DNA of 64,000 bases from Guillardia theta CCMP2712 (Eukaryota; Protista; Cryptophyta): contig NW_005434666.1 of assembly GCF_000315625.1 (NCBI RefSeq), positions 854,748 to 918,747 of the forward strand. Reading direction: 5' to 3'. Below the pieces are notes generated by a model. That model was given only the letters and a program-made list of their open reading frames with translations. It had not been told where the DNA came from and made no database searches. The translations under genes and the position numbers were made by a program. Below, one piece after another: positions 1 through 11,617 of this stretch (its first letter is position 1; each line of letters begins with the position of its first letter).

Positions 1-2
1 CG

Positions 3-425
3 ATAGGAGGAGGTAGTGCTGGGAGGAGCGAGAGAGGAGGAGGTAGTGCTGGGAGGAGCGAGAGAGGAGGAGGTAGTGCTGGGAGGAGCGAGAGAGGAGG
101 AGGTAGTGCTGGGAGGAGCGAGAGAGGAGGAGGTAGTGCTGGGAGGAGCGAGAGAGGAGGAGGTAGTGCTGGGAGGAGCGAGAGAGGAGGAGGTAGTGCT
201 GGGAGGAGCGAGAGGGGAGGGAGTGCGGGAAGATCGAGGAGCGACGATGAGGCAGAGAGAGGGGAGGAGGCAGAGATGACGGTGGAAGGGGAGGGAGGGA
301 GGGAGCGCAGGAGGAGAGAGGATAAGGATGAGGAGGCTGACTTCTAGCGGCAGGTTGTCAGGATGTCTCGGCTACAGGAGCGCATCCTCGAGAAAGTGCG
401 GGAGGAGCTGATGAATTTGTCCTAG
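3..425 (+). CDS. 3' end of a gene entering from the left; includes a coding 30-bp repeat (GGGSAGRSER)n
   Basis: The frame from 3 is open to a GT donor at 282. The intron ends with ctgac...ttctag at 347. Exon 348-425 reads RQVVRMSRLQERILEKVREELMNLS*. Confidence 0.6.
6..214 (+). repeat. 30-bp tandem repeat, about 7 copies (agagaggaggaggtagtgctgggaggagcg)
   Basis: Identical head-to-tail units are directly visible, with no spacers. Confidence 0.95.
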
Positions 426-437
426 TTGTTCTCCTCA

Positions 438-1630
438 TCATGCCCAATAATTCTTCCAGAGGTCCCCCAAACTTCCTCGCGGCCGCCCCTGCCATGTCCT
501 CAGCCTCCTCCTCCTCCTCCTCCTCCTCCTCCTCCTCCTCCTCCTCCTCCTCCTCTCTCACATGTCTGAACTCTCCTGTCCATATCCGCTTCCCCTGCGC
601 ATCAGTCAGCTCCTCTGCGTTATCATCCTCCTCCCTCTCCCTCCTCTCACATAGTGGTCGAAGAGCATCCCTTGCCCGCTCATGGTCCCGTTAGCCCAGG
701 ACCCATTGTAGGCAACCAGGCCATTACGCCAGTAGAGAATCCCTGGTCGATCGTCAGGAGCAGCAGGAGCAGCAGGAGCAGCAGCAGGAGCCAGACCTTG
801 ACCGTGGAACTTGAGGAGAGAGAAGGAGCCCCAGTAGAGGAGGGAGACCGACTGAGGATATCTGCAGAGTGCAATGAGGAGGAGGAGGACAAGGAGGGGG
901 AGGGGGAGGGGGAGGACGAGGACGAGGACGAGGAGGAGGAGGAGGAAACCTCATGATGTCAACGTAAGAGGAGCAGGGCACTTGAGCTCCTTTGCGCGTA
1001 CAGGCGACCTGTGACCTTGCATGAGCGGGGGAGGGGGAGGAGGAGGAGGAGGAGGAGGAGAGAGAGAGAGAGAGAGGAGGAGGAGGAGGAGGAGGAGGAG
1101 GAGGAGGAGGAGGAGGATCGTACGAATCGGTTCATCTGCGATATGAATCGCTTCCTCTCTGCCTTGTGCTGTGACCCCCAGCCGTCGGGCAGGGAGGCGA
1201 CGGCAAGAACTCCCGTGCCTTTGACAAGAGGGACCTCCGTGACGAGCCCAGAACGATGCGCAATGCTGGAGCACAAACTCAGTTGGTTGCCTCGTTTTCT
1301 CCTCTCCTCTCCTCCTCTCCTCCCTTCTCCTCCCTCTCTCCTCTCCTCCCCATTCTCCTCTCTTGCTCGTCTCCTTACCCTGTGCTGTCTTTTCATTGCT
1401 ACAACCCTCCTCCTCCCTCTCCTCTCCTCGTTCACCCACCGGAGCAGCCGGAGGACGTCGACGAGGACGCGGCGGACAGCAGGTGATTGGTAGAGGTCGA
1501 CCGGCAGGGCCTGCCGAAGAGACTTGAGGCGATTGACTCGTTTGTCCTGCCCGGGAGTCTCATCGTCGTTGAAAGACCTGAAAACATCTCAGGTCATGCG
1601 ATGTGAAAGTCGTCGTCGTCATCATCATCA

Positions 1631-1662
<32 letters not shown>

Positions 1663-2914
1663 GTCATCGTCATCATCACAATCCCCATCGTCTCCGATCT
1701 CAACGAATGATTCAACTCCCTTCACTGCCTCCTCTTGTTCTCATTCACCATACAATCACATTTTGACCTGCTCTCTTGCATTCGTTGAATGTACAAGGTG
1801 GTTGCTAGGCTGACAGGCAGGCGAAGTAGACTGCAGAGGAGGAGAAAGTATGTCAGAAACAGCCGGCACGGGATACGGCGAGTGGAGGAAGGGAGAGGAG
1901 GAGAGACTATTGCTGGCGGAGTTGTAGGGAGGAGGAAGAGGAGTATGCGGAATAGGGTAGGAGAGAGAGGGAGTGGAGGGAGGGAGGGAGGGAGGAAGGG
2001 GAGAGAGAGAGGGAGGATTCACCTTGGTGTGTTGGGGATGGAGGGCAAAGGCATCACAGGTACTTTCTTTCTCCACATGAGTGGATTTCTTGGGTTGTCA
2101 GTGACTTTCGTCCGGGAGGCGATGGGGAGGGGATGGCTCATGGTGGGGAAAGAAGAAGTGACCTATTACATATCACTTCATACACAGACACTGAAACTCT
2201 CTTTCCCTGTCTTACTCCTTGTTGACATCTCTCCCCCTATCTCTCTCCTCCCCCCATGCGCCCCCGCACTCTTCTGTTCTCCCTGCCCCCCTGCCCCGGC
2301 TCTCCCTCGCTCCCTCGCTCGCACCCTCGCACCCTCGCACCCTCGTTACTCTCACCTCTGGAGCCGTCTTCTCCATCTTCAACCATCTCACGGCATCGTT
2401 GTGCGAGGTGTCCACGTTGTCGATTTGCACACACGCTGAACAAACGTCAGCATCTCCTCAGCCGACATGCCGGCAGACCTTCTAGCGCGACATGCAGCCT
2501 GGCGTTTGAGTGCAGGTAGGCAGTGACAAGGAGGACGAGGAGGATAATTGCAGCCACTATGATCCAGATCGCAGCTCGCTTCATCCAGCTATCCCTTCCC
2601 AGCACATTCTTCAATCTCTGCAGAGGAATGGCGTCGTAGTCCTGATCCTCGAGCGTCGTCACGCGGAAGACTCGCTGCCTCGAGAGAGGCGACGAGATGC
2701 TCTCCTGCCCGCCTTCCTTCATCGCATGATCCGACAGCTCAGTGCCATAGCTGGGAACACGACCTCCTCCTCCAGCTCCTCCTCCCCCACCTCCTCCAGC
2801 TCCTCCTCCCTGTCTCTCGTCGAACGTGGGAAGCAGACCGTTCATTGTCGTCGTCGCCCTGCTGATATAACTCCAGCCCTGAACATCTGCAGTGCTGCCG
2901 TCAGAGGTAGACAT
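438..2914 (-). CDS. Multi-exon single-pass membrane protein with C-terminal MORN repeats
   Basis: TM helix AAIWIIVAAIILLVLLVTAYL. Spliced 3' exons read YWGSFSLLKFHGQG/ILYWRNGLVAYNGSWANGTMSGQGMLFDHY/GKRIWTGEFRH/GRPRG...*, matching the MORN consensus YxGxWxxGxxxGxG. Stop at 438-440. Confidence 0.7.
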
Positions 2915-3047
2915 ACAAACAAGTAAAAACACGTTTCTTGACCGCTTCAGTTATATGAAACCTCCACTAACACATCTAATACAATCGTGTGCTTCTGCTT
3001 ATGCTGCACTGCTCTCTCTCTCTCCACACACATAATCCCATCCTATT

Positions 3048-3097
3048 CTGTCTGCCATGTCTGCCATGTCTGCCATGTCTGCCATGTCTGCCATGTC
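3048..3097 (+). repeat. 9-bp tandem repeat (tctgccatg) x5 in divergent intergenic region
   Basis: Directly visible. Confidence 0.9.
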
Positions 3098-3290
3098 AGC
3101 TTCCTTGCCCCCTCGCCTCCCGCCATCGTGAGGCCCGGATCGGATCGGATCGGTATGATGACGCAAATGAAAAGCTGAGGCGGGGGGGGGCAAGAGACCC
3201 AAAAAAAACGAAAAAAGAAGAAAAAAGAAGAAAAAAACAACGTTGTAACGGTGAATAACTGTAGCCGAAGGGGCACGCCATGCAGGAGAG

Positions 3291-4648
3291 ATGGGCAGGG
3301 AAGTGAGCGGAGCGACTTGGCTGCTGGCAGGAGGAGGGAGGGAGGAGAGAAGAGGCATCGCCATGTCCTCTCTAGCGACAGCGGGAAGGGCCTTGACCTC
3401 ACTCGCATGCCTCTCTCTCGTCCTCCTCCTGGTTCTCCACAAGCCTGGGGACCGGAGTCTGTTGCAGACTGGTTGGAGGACGAGCAGAGGGTGGGAGAGG
3501 CAGCAGGGTCTCAGGCAGTTTGTCTCCTCTGCTAGAAGGGCTGGACGTCATGCTGCATCTTTCCGTCAACTTCACGCTCAAACACCAGTGGAATTGTTCT
3601 CAGCGTGGGCTGACAAGTGGCGTTCGGAGCATCCGGAAGGCAATCTGGAGGAGGTAAGATTGTACAAGGAGCTGTATGAATGTCGACGATGCATCTTCTT
3701 ACATGGCATGTAGGAGAAGGCGGCTTGGAGTGAGCACGAGAAGAATGTCGAGGAGATGAGAGCATGGGAAGCACGGCAAGTGAAGGAGCTAGAGGGATCG
3801 AATGTAGCCGATGATTGCGTGTATGATACCTTCTGGTTCCAAGGCTCGATCGATCCGAGCCGCAAGCCATGCAGGAAGCTCCCTCCTCCTCAGATGTCTG
3901 ATGCTCCGAACCCAGCGGTCAATGCTGTAGAGTATGTCGCTCGTGTCCCACAGACCGTCCTCTCCCCGCCAGAAGGACCCCCAGACTTCAACGGACAAGA
4001 CGCGATGATCGCCTCTCACCCGCCACTTGGATGGGCCCCGACGGATCTGGAGGAGAAGAACGCTGAGTCACGGGGAAGCTTCAGCGTGAGGATGGCTCGA
4101 ACAGGAGCGGACGACGAGGGCGATATCAATCTTGCCATCTACGGGCCAAACACGCCATACCGCTGCTCCCTCAGGGGTTACCGCATGCTCTCTGCAGACT
4201 TCCAGGGGAACTCGGTGTACACAGGATTCAGCCAAGAGTTTGATGCGGGAGGAGGGACGCGAGAGCTGCAGACAGGTTTCATCTCCCCTGGGGCTGCCAA
4301 CGAGTACGACGTGCTAACTTGCAGAGACGAGGTACCCTTGGCTTCTCATTCTCTCCTCCTGTCCTCCTCCCTTATCCTCCTCCTCTCCTCTCCTCGTCGA
4401 CTTCTCTTGTCCTCACCACCTTCCAGGCTACCGGAGAGGTTCAGTACTTCCGCATCAACTGGGGTACAAGGGGGTACGCAGACCTTCAGGCTGGAGGAGC
4501 CCCGGGGGTCCTGGGGCCTCATTTTGGCCAGAACACCGACTCAGTGACGTTCGACATGGACAGGCCGCGGGAGGAGGACGAGGAGGCGATGGACAAGTAC
4601 TATGACCTCAATTATGATCCCAGGACGGATGATAAGCCGTTCTACTGA
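3291..4648 (+). CDS. Multi-exon hypothetical secreted or membrane-anchored protein
   Basis: Hydrophobic segment LACLSLVLLLVL. ORFs 3291, 3756 and 4319 join via GT-AG introns (about 3654-3712 and 4332-4427). Ends ...DPRTDDKPFY*. Confidence 0.7.
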
Positions 4649-4694
4649 TGAGTGAAGGAAACCTTTCTCAGCTTGTGATGGGAGACGTGGTAGT

Positions 4695-7315
4695 TCACTC
4701 CTCCGCCTCCTGCGGTGGGGCAGGTGGAGGATTCAAGTCGAGCTGACACTCGATGTGAACGTTGTGGTGATGCTGCCTGCCTCCCCCATAAGCCTCCTGC
4801 GTTCCTGCATTGCCCGTAAGCTCCCCCCCTCCTTCGCTCTTGGGGCCACCTTGACGGCCCGAGGACGCTTTGGGCTCTTCCTTCGCCTTCTCCTTTTTCT
4901 TCTCCTTCTCCTTGTTCTCCTTCTTCTTCTCAGCTCTTTTCATGTTGGCAATCGCTCGTTCCGTGTCCCTGCCCGACTCGTCAGAGTCCTCGACCGCTAC
5001 CATCTCACCCCCACTTGTCATCTATGGGCCTGATGGTGTCAAAGTGTTCGTCCGTCATCGTCATGCTCGCCTTCACCTGCAAGTTTGTTCACTCCTCCTT
5101 CCATAACCATCATCTCCCCAGCCATTGATCGCCCGCTCCTCCTGCTTCAATCACCTTGAGCGTTGACGACTTCGTTACTAGATCTTCAGTCGCAATCGTG
5201 CTCGTCGCTATCCTCCTAGTGACAAACTGCGGGGGGGGAGGTTCTCTGCCCTCCTCGTCCTCCTTGCCCTCTTGCTCTTGCTCTCCTTCCTCCCCCTCAT
5301 CCTTTGGAGGTGGCGGGGGCACGTAGACTTGCTTCTTCATGTAGAGGTCCACCACGAGGCCCTCAAAGCTGTAAAGAAAGAAGTTAAGGTGGACGAGAGG
5401 CCAAAAACAAGGAAGGGGAGGGAGGGAGGGAGGGAGGGAGGGAGGGAGGGAGGGAGGGAGGAAGGGAGGGAGGGAAGAGGGAGGGAGGGAAGAAGAGAAC
5501 ATGCGAGGATAGCGAATGGGGAAGGAAAGGAGGACTTATTGAGATCGAAGGACACGCGGAGGTAGAGGCTCTTACCGCATCCAATTCAAGACTTGGAAGG
5601 AGGAGGATAGCTCGATCCTCTGGCTGAACTCAAAATTCATCGCGGAGTCGCCTTCTCCTTCCTCCCACAAAATCTCGCGGGTGCGAAGGGGCAGGGAGGA
5701 GGGGAAGGGAATTTCGACGAAGAAACTAGGAGGGTGCTCCTACATGATCAGAATCCGTCAGGTGAACCTGGTCCGTCGGACTGTCACCTGGTAGAAGACC
5801 TGCTCGGGGGAGACCTCTGCCTCCTCCCCTTCCTCTCCTCCTCCTTCAGGCTTGTCAGGAAGGGAAGGTGTTGGATTCTCAAGCCCCTCGATCCTCCCGA
5901 TGGTCAGAGCCAGACTGAACTGCAGAGATTCAAGGTTCAGAGTCGAAGGAGGAGGGACGAAGGTCACCTTGTCGTCAGTGTCCCCGTCATCTGCATCCTT
6001 GTGCTGCTTGCTTGCTGTGTCCTCTTTCCTCTCCAGCGCTTCCTGGGTGGGACTGAACGACTACAACCAGCACGCAAACAGCCTTACCTGTCCCTCCGTT
6101 TCCTCCTGCCCCTCCGCTTCCTCCCGCCCCTCCTCGACCAGCGCATTCTTGTTTTCCCTCTCGTTCTCCAGGACGGTGCTATCATCCAGCTCGGAGAGAA
6201 GAGGAAGCTTCGCCAGGACCCGCTGCCGGTAGTTGGGGAGGAGGACGATCGGGTTTCCCAGCAGCCGGAGCTTGGACAGTCGGGTGAGCTGCTGCAGCGG
6301 CTGGAGCTGGAGGAGAGTGAGGAAGGGACAAGTCGATGGGAATGATGCGAAGTAGAAGCAGGGACGGACCTGACTGATGGTTGCGATACGATTGGAGGAG
6401 AGGTCGAGGGATGTGAGAAACTGCATGTTCTGCGCATGCGGGCCCAGCTCCTCCAGATTGTTGATCATGTTTCCTCCAAGTCCTGATATCAGAGGTCAAA
6501 CTCCAAGAGGGAGGAAGACTTTGATGTCAGGAATGGCGCAAAACAAGAGGGAGCGATCTTGGAATCAATGAAAGTCCAGCCAGCAGGGAGAGCTTGCGGG
6601 TCGCGAGGGGGAGGAGGAAGGTGAGAGCTACGACAACATGCTATGAAGGAGGGGCAGGGAGGCAGAGTGATGAAAAGCCTAGAGAACTAGTGGGACCTAT
6701 GTGCCGGAAGTTGAATGCCTGGAACTTGGGCCAGGAGCTGATGGAGTTGCAGTGAGCGTTGAGAGAGACGAGGGAGGGAGGGAGGTGAGCAATTCTTGTC
6801 AGCTTCTGTCCAGTCACTGACAGCTCCTTCAGCTGCTCCATCTCTCGCGCAAACGTCTCGTCCAGCTCCGTCAGGCTGTACGACACCTTCATCTTCTTCA
6901 TTGTCAGGAGGCTCAGGTCAAGAGTCTCGAACTGCTTGCAGATGAATCCTCTGCCGTAGTTCTTCGCATCCCCGCCCTCCTGCCTGGCCTTCTTCCCTCG
7001 CTCGATCTTGTCCTTCAGCCCTTTCGCCTGGGGGCTAAACAGGAAGTCGACGCCAGGGTCATGCAGCACACGATCATGTAGTCGAGGCGAGATCTCTGCC
7101 TGACCGATGGTATCGAGGTCGCTCTCTGCAGCCTCTGGAGTCAGCGAGTAGTCGCTTGCTAGCCGTCCTGTCATCCCTGACACCGTCTTGAATCGTTCCC
7201 ATGCCTCCTCCTTAGCCTTGTAGGACTTGGTGAACGAGGATGGTCCCGTTGCTGCCTGGATGTTGAGCTTCTCTGCCAGCAGACGCCAGAAGAGCTGACT
7301 TGCTGTGACTTCCAT
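4695..7315 (-). CDS. Leucine-rich repeat protein, LRRC43-like
   Basis: LRRs LKELSVTGQKL, HLPPSLVSLNAHCN, LTSLDLSSNRI and LRR cap LRLLGNPIVLLPNYRQRVLAKLPLLSELDD. Followed by LTIGRIEG and a Lys-rich C-terminal region. Multi-exon. Confidence 0.75.
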
Positions 7316-7672
7316 GGCGATGCAGAGCTCTATGGATTCAAGGGCAGGGACGCTGCAGGCATGCGCTGCAAGCGACTGGGAAAATAACAAGGATGAAGGA
7401 GAGGGAGAAGCTGGGTGGGGATTTGGATCAGGAGGACAGAGACTGCAGTGATGCACGGGACAAGGTGGGTGACAGGAGGAGGAGATCGACGAGGGCAGAG
7501 ACGAGGAGGTCAGGAGGAAGGAGGAGGGGGGCGACTCTGTTCAAGATGTTGGGAGCATGGGAGGAGGAGCAGTAATGTATCGCACCAACGCTTTTCAAAA
7601 CTTTGAGCGTCCAAACTTTATCCATTGAAACTTTGTAAAGTTGAGTTCCTAACGTTAAAAGAGTTTACTTAT

Positions 7673-7890
7673 CTGATTTTTAACTTAACTTAGAGTAAAC
7701 AATCACGGTAGCGCGGCGTACGGCCCGAGTGAGTGCCGGATCGGCGCCAGGCCCCGGCTCGGTCAGTCACCGGGGGGTCACGTGCCTGACTTTTAACTTA
7801 ACTTTGAGTAAAGTTTAGACGACTGGCAGTTTTTTTTTCCCGGAGTCCTCCGGGGTGACCGTAGGTGACTGGCCGGAGCTACGGAACGGA
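7673..7890. promoter_or_regulatory. Intergenic module: two copies of ctga[t/c]ttttaacttaactt[a/t]gagtaaa around a GC-rich core, then GGCAGTTTTTTTTTCCCGGAGTCC
   Basis: 27-nt direct repeats at 7673-7699 and 7786-7812 (2 mismatches). The same motifs recur at 15244-15301. Lies between divergent genes. Confidence 0.5.
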
Positions 7891-8697
7891 TCAGCTTTTA
7901 AAAACATATATGTAATCCGGTATCGTTTGTTCCAGCTTGAGTATTAGAAATGAGGTAGGAAATTATATGTTTGGTAGTAGACAAGTTGTAAGTGATTGGT
8001 AGTAAATTCACAGTGTTTGTTCATAAATGGTACAATTATAAACCCTCTTGAATGTTGGTACTGAAAGTCCCGTCGACCAAGAATAGTCGGGGTTTCTTTA
8101 CTACAGCGAGTCATGTGGTGTCATGGGGTCCGTGAATCCCTGGTCAGCGCTCATGATACCTGGGGAGACCTTGTTAAGACACCCCTGTATCCACCCCCCA
8201 TGAGACCCCAAGTTTCGGGGTAGGAAGGAGGCTGTAGGATTTAGAGCCAGAAGGACGGGTAGTACGCCAAATTTTTTTCTGTCCACGGAAAGTGAGGGGT
8301 ATATTGTAGGAAAATGTAGGGGTATATTTCATGACTGCATCATTGTCGGGGGTTGTCAGACAGGTACAGTCACCGTGACCTAAACCTGGAGGAGCAATCC
8401 CACGTTACCATGTTTGGAATCCTCTCCAAACTGAAACTCTTCGAGTAAACGTTTGTCAGCAGTCATGTTATAAGGCAGCATATTTGCTCTCGTCACGTTG
8501 TAACACCAACCGACCTGTTACCTAATCACGTTACCTTTCCGCACCTCTCTATTTCAAAGGATTTGCCTCGGCACGAGGAACATCAAACACTCTCATCCTC
8601 TATCATCCCACTTCCCCGTCTCAGTCGAAGCTCTCCCCTTCCTCCTCGCCAACTTCCTTCTCCTCCTAATCTCTGATCTTTCTCCTCCCTCCACACT

Positions 8698-9816
8698 ATG
8701 GCCATTTCTGGTACTCCCTCGAGAATTCTTTTTGGTTTCTGCCCGCCTGTCTCGCAAACCCCCAGTGCATCCGCGGCACCTTGCACTTCAATTTTCGCTG
8801 GAGAAAGGACTTCACATTGCCACGAGGGACACAAGCTTTCTTCCCTCATTGGAAACGCTGCTGTCAGGCCAGGAACTGCTTGCCCGCTCGATGCTGCGAT
8901 TCGTGTGCTACAGCTCAAGTCTGACCATGAGGAGCTCTGTCTGGCAGCCAACTCGATCGCAAACTTTGCGCTCAGGCCCGAGTTTCAGAGGAAGCTCGCT
9001 ACCTATCCCGCACTGAAGACTCTCGTTGACTGCCTCCTGAGCACAGAAGACGAGTCTGTGAAACGGTTCCTCAGCATGGCGATTGGCAGACTTGCTGCAA
9101 ACCGAGCGCTTGTCTCCAACCTCATCCAAGATCCTGAACTCGTGGACGCGCTTCTTAAGATCGCAGCAGACCATTCCTCAGGCAACTGGAGACAGCCAGC
9201 CCGCACCCTTGCGATCATGGCGGCGAAGGCCCCGGAGGAATTGCAAGGAAAGTTCTGTACCTCGTCGATGCTCGCAATCATCAAGAACCTCCTTGATGTC
9301 GAGCAGACGGAGATTCAAACGGACGCCATCCTTGCTCTTGTTCCCTTCACCAAGACCGCGCAACGTGTCCGTGCTCTCAGTGACGAGGACGTCTGGACTA
9401 AGTTGTTGCCTTGCGCGTCAAACTCGGGAGTCTCCATCCTTGGTCAGCTGGCTGCAAACGTGGTGCAGGCTGCCCTGGACCGCAGTGCTGAAGACGTGGT
9501 TCTGTCTAAGGAAGCGTTCTGCGCTCTCTGCAGCCTCTCACAGAAATGCCGCGAACATTCCTCCTCCCTCAATAGCACAAAGGCAAACATCTACACCACG
9601 GTGATCTGCCGCATCTTTCTCGCCGCAAGGGAGAATGCTGACGTGCAGACTGAGTACGCGTCGGAAGGAGCTGCACGAGAGATTTCACTCTCTGCTAAGC
9701 TCGTTCTCCACGTCGATGTTGAGTGCGAGGAACTCTCTGACGACATATGTGGCAAGACCTTAAGCGCTCGTTGCCTCTCCTCTTTAACAGCCATAGCTGA
9801 GCATTGGCTTCATTAG
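8698..9816 (+). CDS. Intronless armadillo/HEAT-repeat-like protein, 372 aa
   Basis: Long ORF with ARM-like helices (AANSIANFAL; LKTLVDCLLSTEDESVKRFLSMAIGRLA). Confidence 0.7.
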   Translation: MAISGTPSRILFGFCPPVSQTPSASAAPCTSIFAGERTSHCHEGHKLSSLIGNAAVRPGTACPLDAAIRVLQLKSDHEELCLAANSIANFALRPEFQRKLATYPALKTLVDCLLSTEDESVKRFLSMAIGRLAANRALVSNLIQDPELVDALLKIAADHSSGNWRQPARTLAIMAAKAPEELQGKFCTSSMLAIIKNLLDVEQTEIQTDAILALVPFTKTAQRVRALSDEDVWTKLLPCASNSGVSILGQLAANVVQAALDRSAEDVVLSKEAFCALCSLSQKCREHSSSLNSTKANIYTTVICRIFLAARENADVQTEYASEGAAREISLSAKLVLHVDVECEELSDDICGKTLSARCLSSLTAIAEHWLH

Positions 9817-10876
9817 CTTTGTACATTTGTTTTTGTAAATACGATGAATGAAACAGATTCGATCTCAAGAATTTCTCATGATTGATCCTCACTGCTTCCA
9901 ATGACTCCCATCGATAATCGATCATATTCACTTCAACTCTCAAGTTTCAAAACTCCTGCACCTTCACCTCTTTCACACCTGCTCTTGTTTCTTGTTGCGT
10001 CAAGTGACAAACTTCAACGCACCGTGTCTCACTCAGCCCGCCTCGCTCACTTATTCAAGTCACTACCCCCATACCCTACCCGAGACTACCCCACCTACCA
10101 ATTTCCTCCACTCGTACCCACCAGTTCATCATCAAGTTCGACATCATACCCTACCACCCTACCTCCTCTGGGTCCTCCTCCTTGTAGCAAGGTATGCTGA
10201 TTACTAGGACTTGGGATACTTCCTATGACCCAGAAGTTGCCCTTCGGGTGATCGTGAAGAGTCAAGTGAGGTAGGTAGGGTAGGGTCATTTCAGACGGGA
10301 TTATTGAGGGTAGGGGTACTCTGATATCACAAATTGACTAGGTAGGGGTACAATCGTGAATTTTTGACATGGGGTGGGTGTCAAAGTGAAGGGTACCCAG
10401 TTTATCTTGTCGGGTAAAGGGAGGAAAAAATGATAGCAATGAAGGGGTACACAGATTTTATTTCATAGTTCATATGGTGGGTACACAAAATCTGAGTTCA
10501 AGAAGTATGGGTGGGTAATGGGGACATTGAGGATTAAGGGGTGGGGGTGCACATGGAACAATTAGAAGTTCGCATCTGGCAGATGAGAGGCTCTGAAAGC
10601 AAAGGGGCGGAGGAGAGCGAAGAGAAGGAGCGGGAGCAAGGATTGGAAAGGAAGGAAGAGGAGGAAGAGGAGGAAGAGGATGAAGGGATTTAGTTCAGTG
10701 AATGGTGAAGAAGCAGAAGGAAGGGGAGAAGGAGAGCAGGGAGGGTGAGCCATCATGACTTGATGGAGCTACAACGAAGGGTTGGTACAGCGAAGAGTAT
10801 GTGAATGGTTGAAGATGTGCTATATGACACTTTTCGAGATATGACCGAACTCCTGGTGATCAAGCAAAGTTAAGGA

Positions 10877-11312
10877 TTGATGAACGGAGGGGAAGATGAG
10901 AAGGGGCTGAAGTTCATCCAAGGACACCTTACCAAAGTAGCTTTCACAGTTGAAGCTGAGCCCAAAGTTCAGAGGAGGGAAACGGAAATGGTAGTTGAGA
11001 CTGCAGAGCACAGGAAGGACAAGCTTCAGTCAGCCTATCACCAATGTTGTGGCAATGCTGACCCGATGCCTGCAGTATGTACTCTGATCTCAAGTGGAAG
11101 CAATTGAAGGACCCGGTGATATTATCCTGTTGATGTTGTGGTGGTTGTCTGACTGGTTTTTTTGTGATCATTCAGAAGGGCCAGCTCTACTACTGGAACA
11201 CCAAGAGCAACAAGACCCAGTGGGAGAAGCCCAAGTGTGTCAAGTCTCACTGCGTAAGTCGAGCATGAGGTGGTGTCCGAGGGCTAATCACAAGGCGCAG
11301 GACTTCCACTAA
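10877..11312 (+). pseudogene. WW-domain-containing gene fragment, possibly decayed
   Basis: KWKQLKDP spliced (about 11117-11176) to KGQLYYWNTKSNKTQWEKP, a canonical WW domain. Upstream frames have many stops and no clean start was found. Confidence 0.45.
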
Positions 11313-11617
11313 ATCTAGCGGCTCTCTTGACATGCTTGTAGTACCAAGCACTTATGGAAAGAGGAGTTAGCTTGGATTGTAAATGAAATCTTTCAATCGA
11401 TCCATTCCATGTTGTCGATTCAATGATCGCTCCCCAGATGTTGATATGCTCCAGAACTCTATAGTTCCCTTGGAATAATTGATTGGCATGATCTCCAGCT
11501 CAACATTATGCCAACAGCCTCCGTCTAATATTGAATTACGCTAATCAATCTTCATTCACAATCTACACTCATATTTCACACTAATCTGTTAATGGGACAC
11601 TGCGGATTCCTCCTTGT

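Noticed and set aside
6-214. 30-bp direct repeats as a CRISPR array
   Set aside because: No unique spacers, no cas genes, eukaryotic context.
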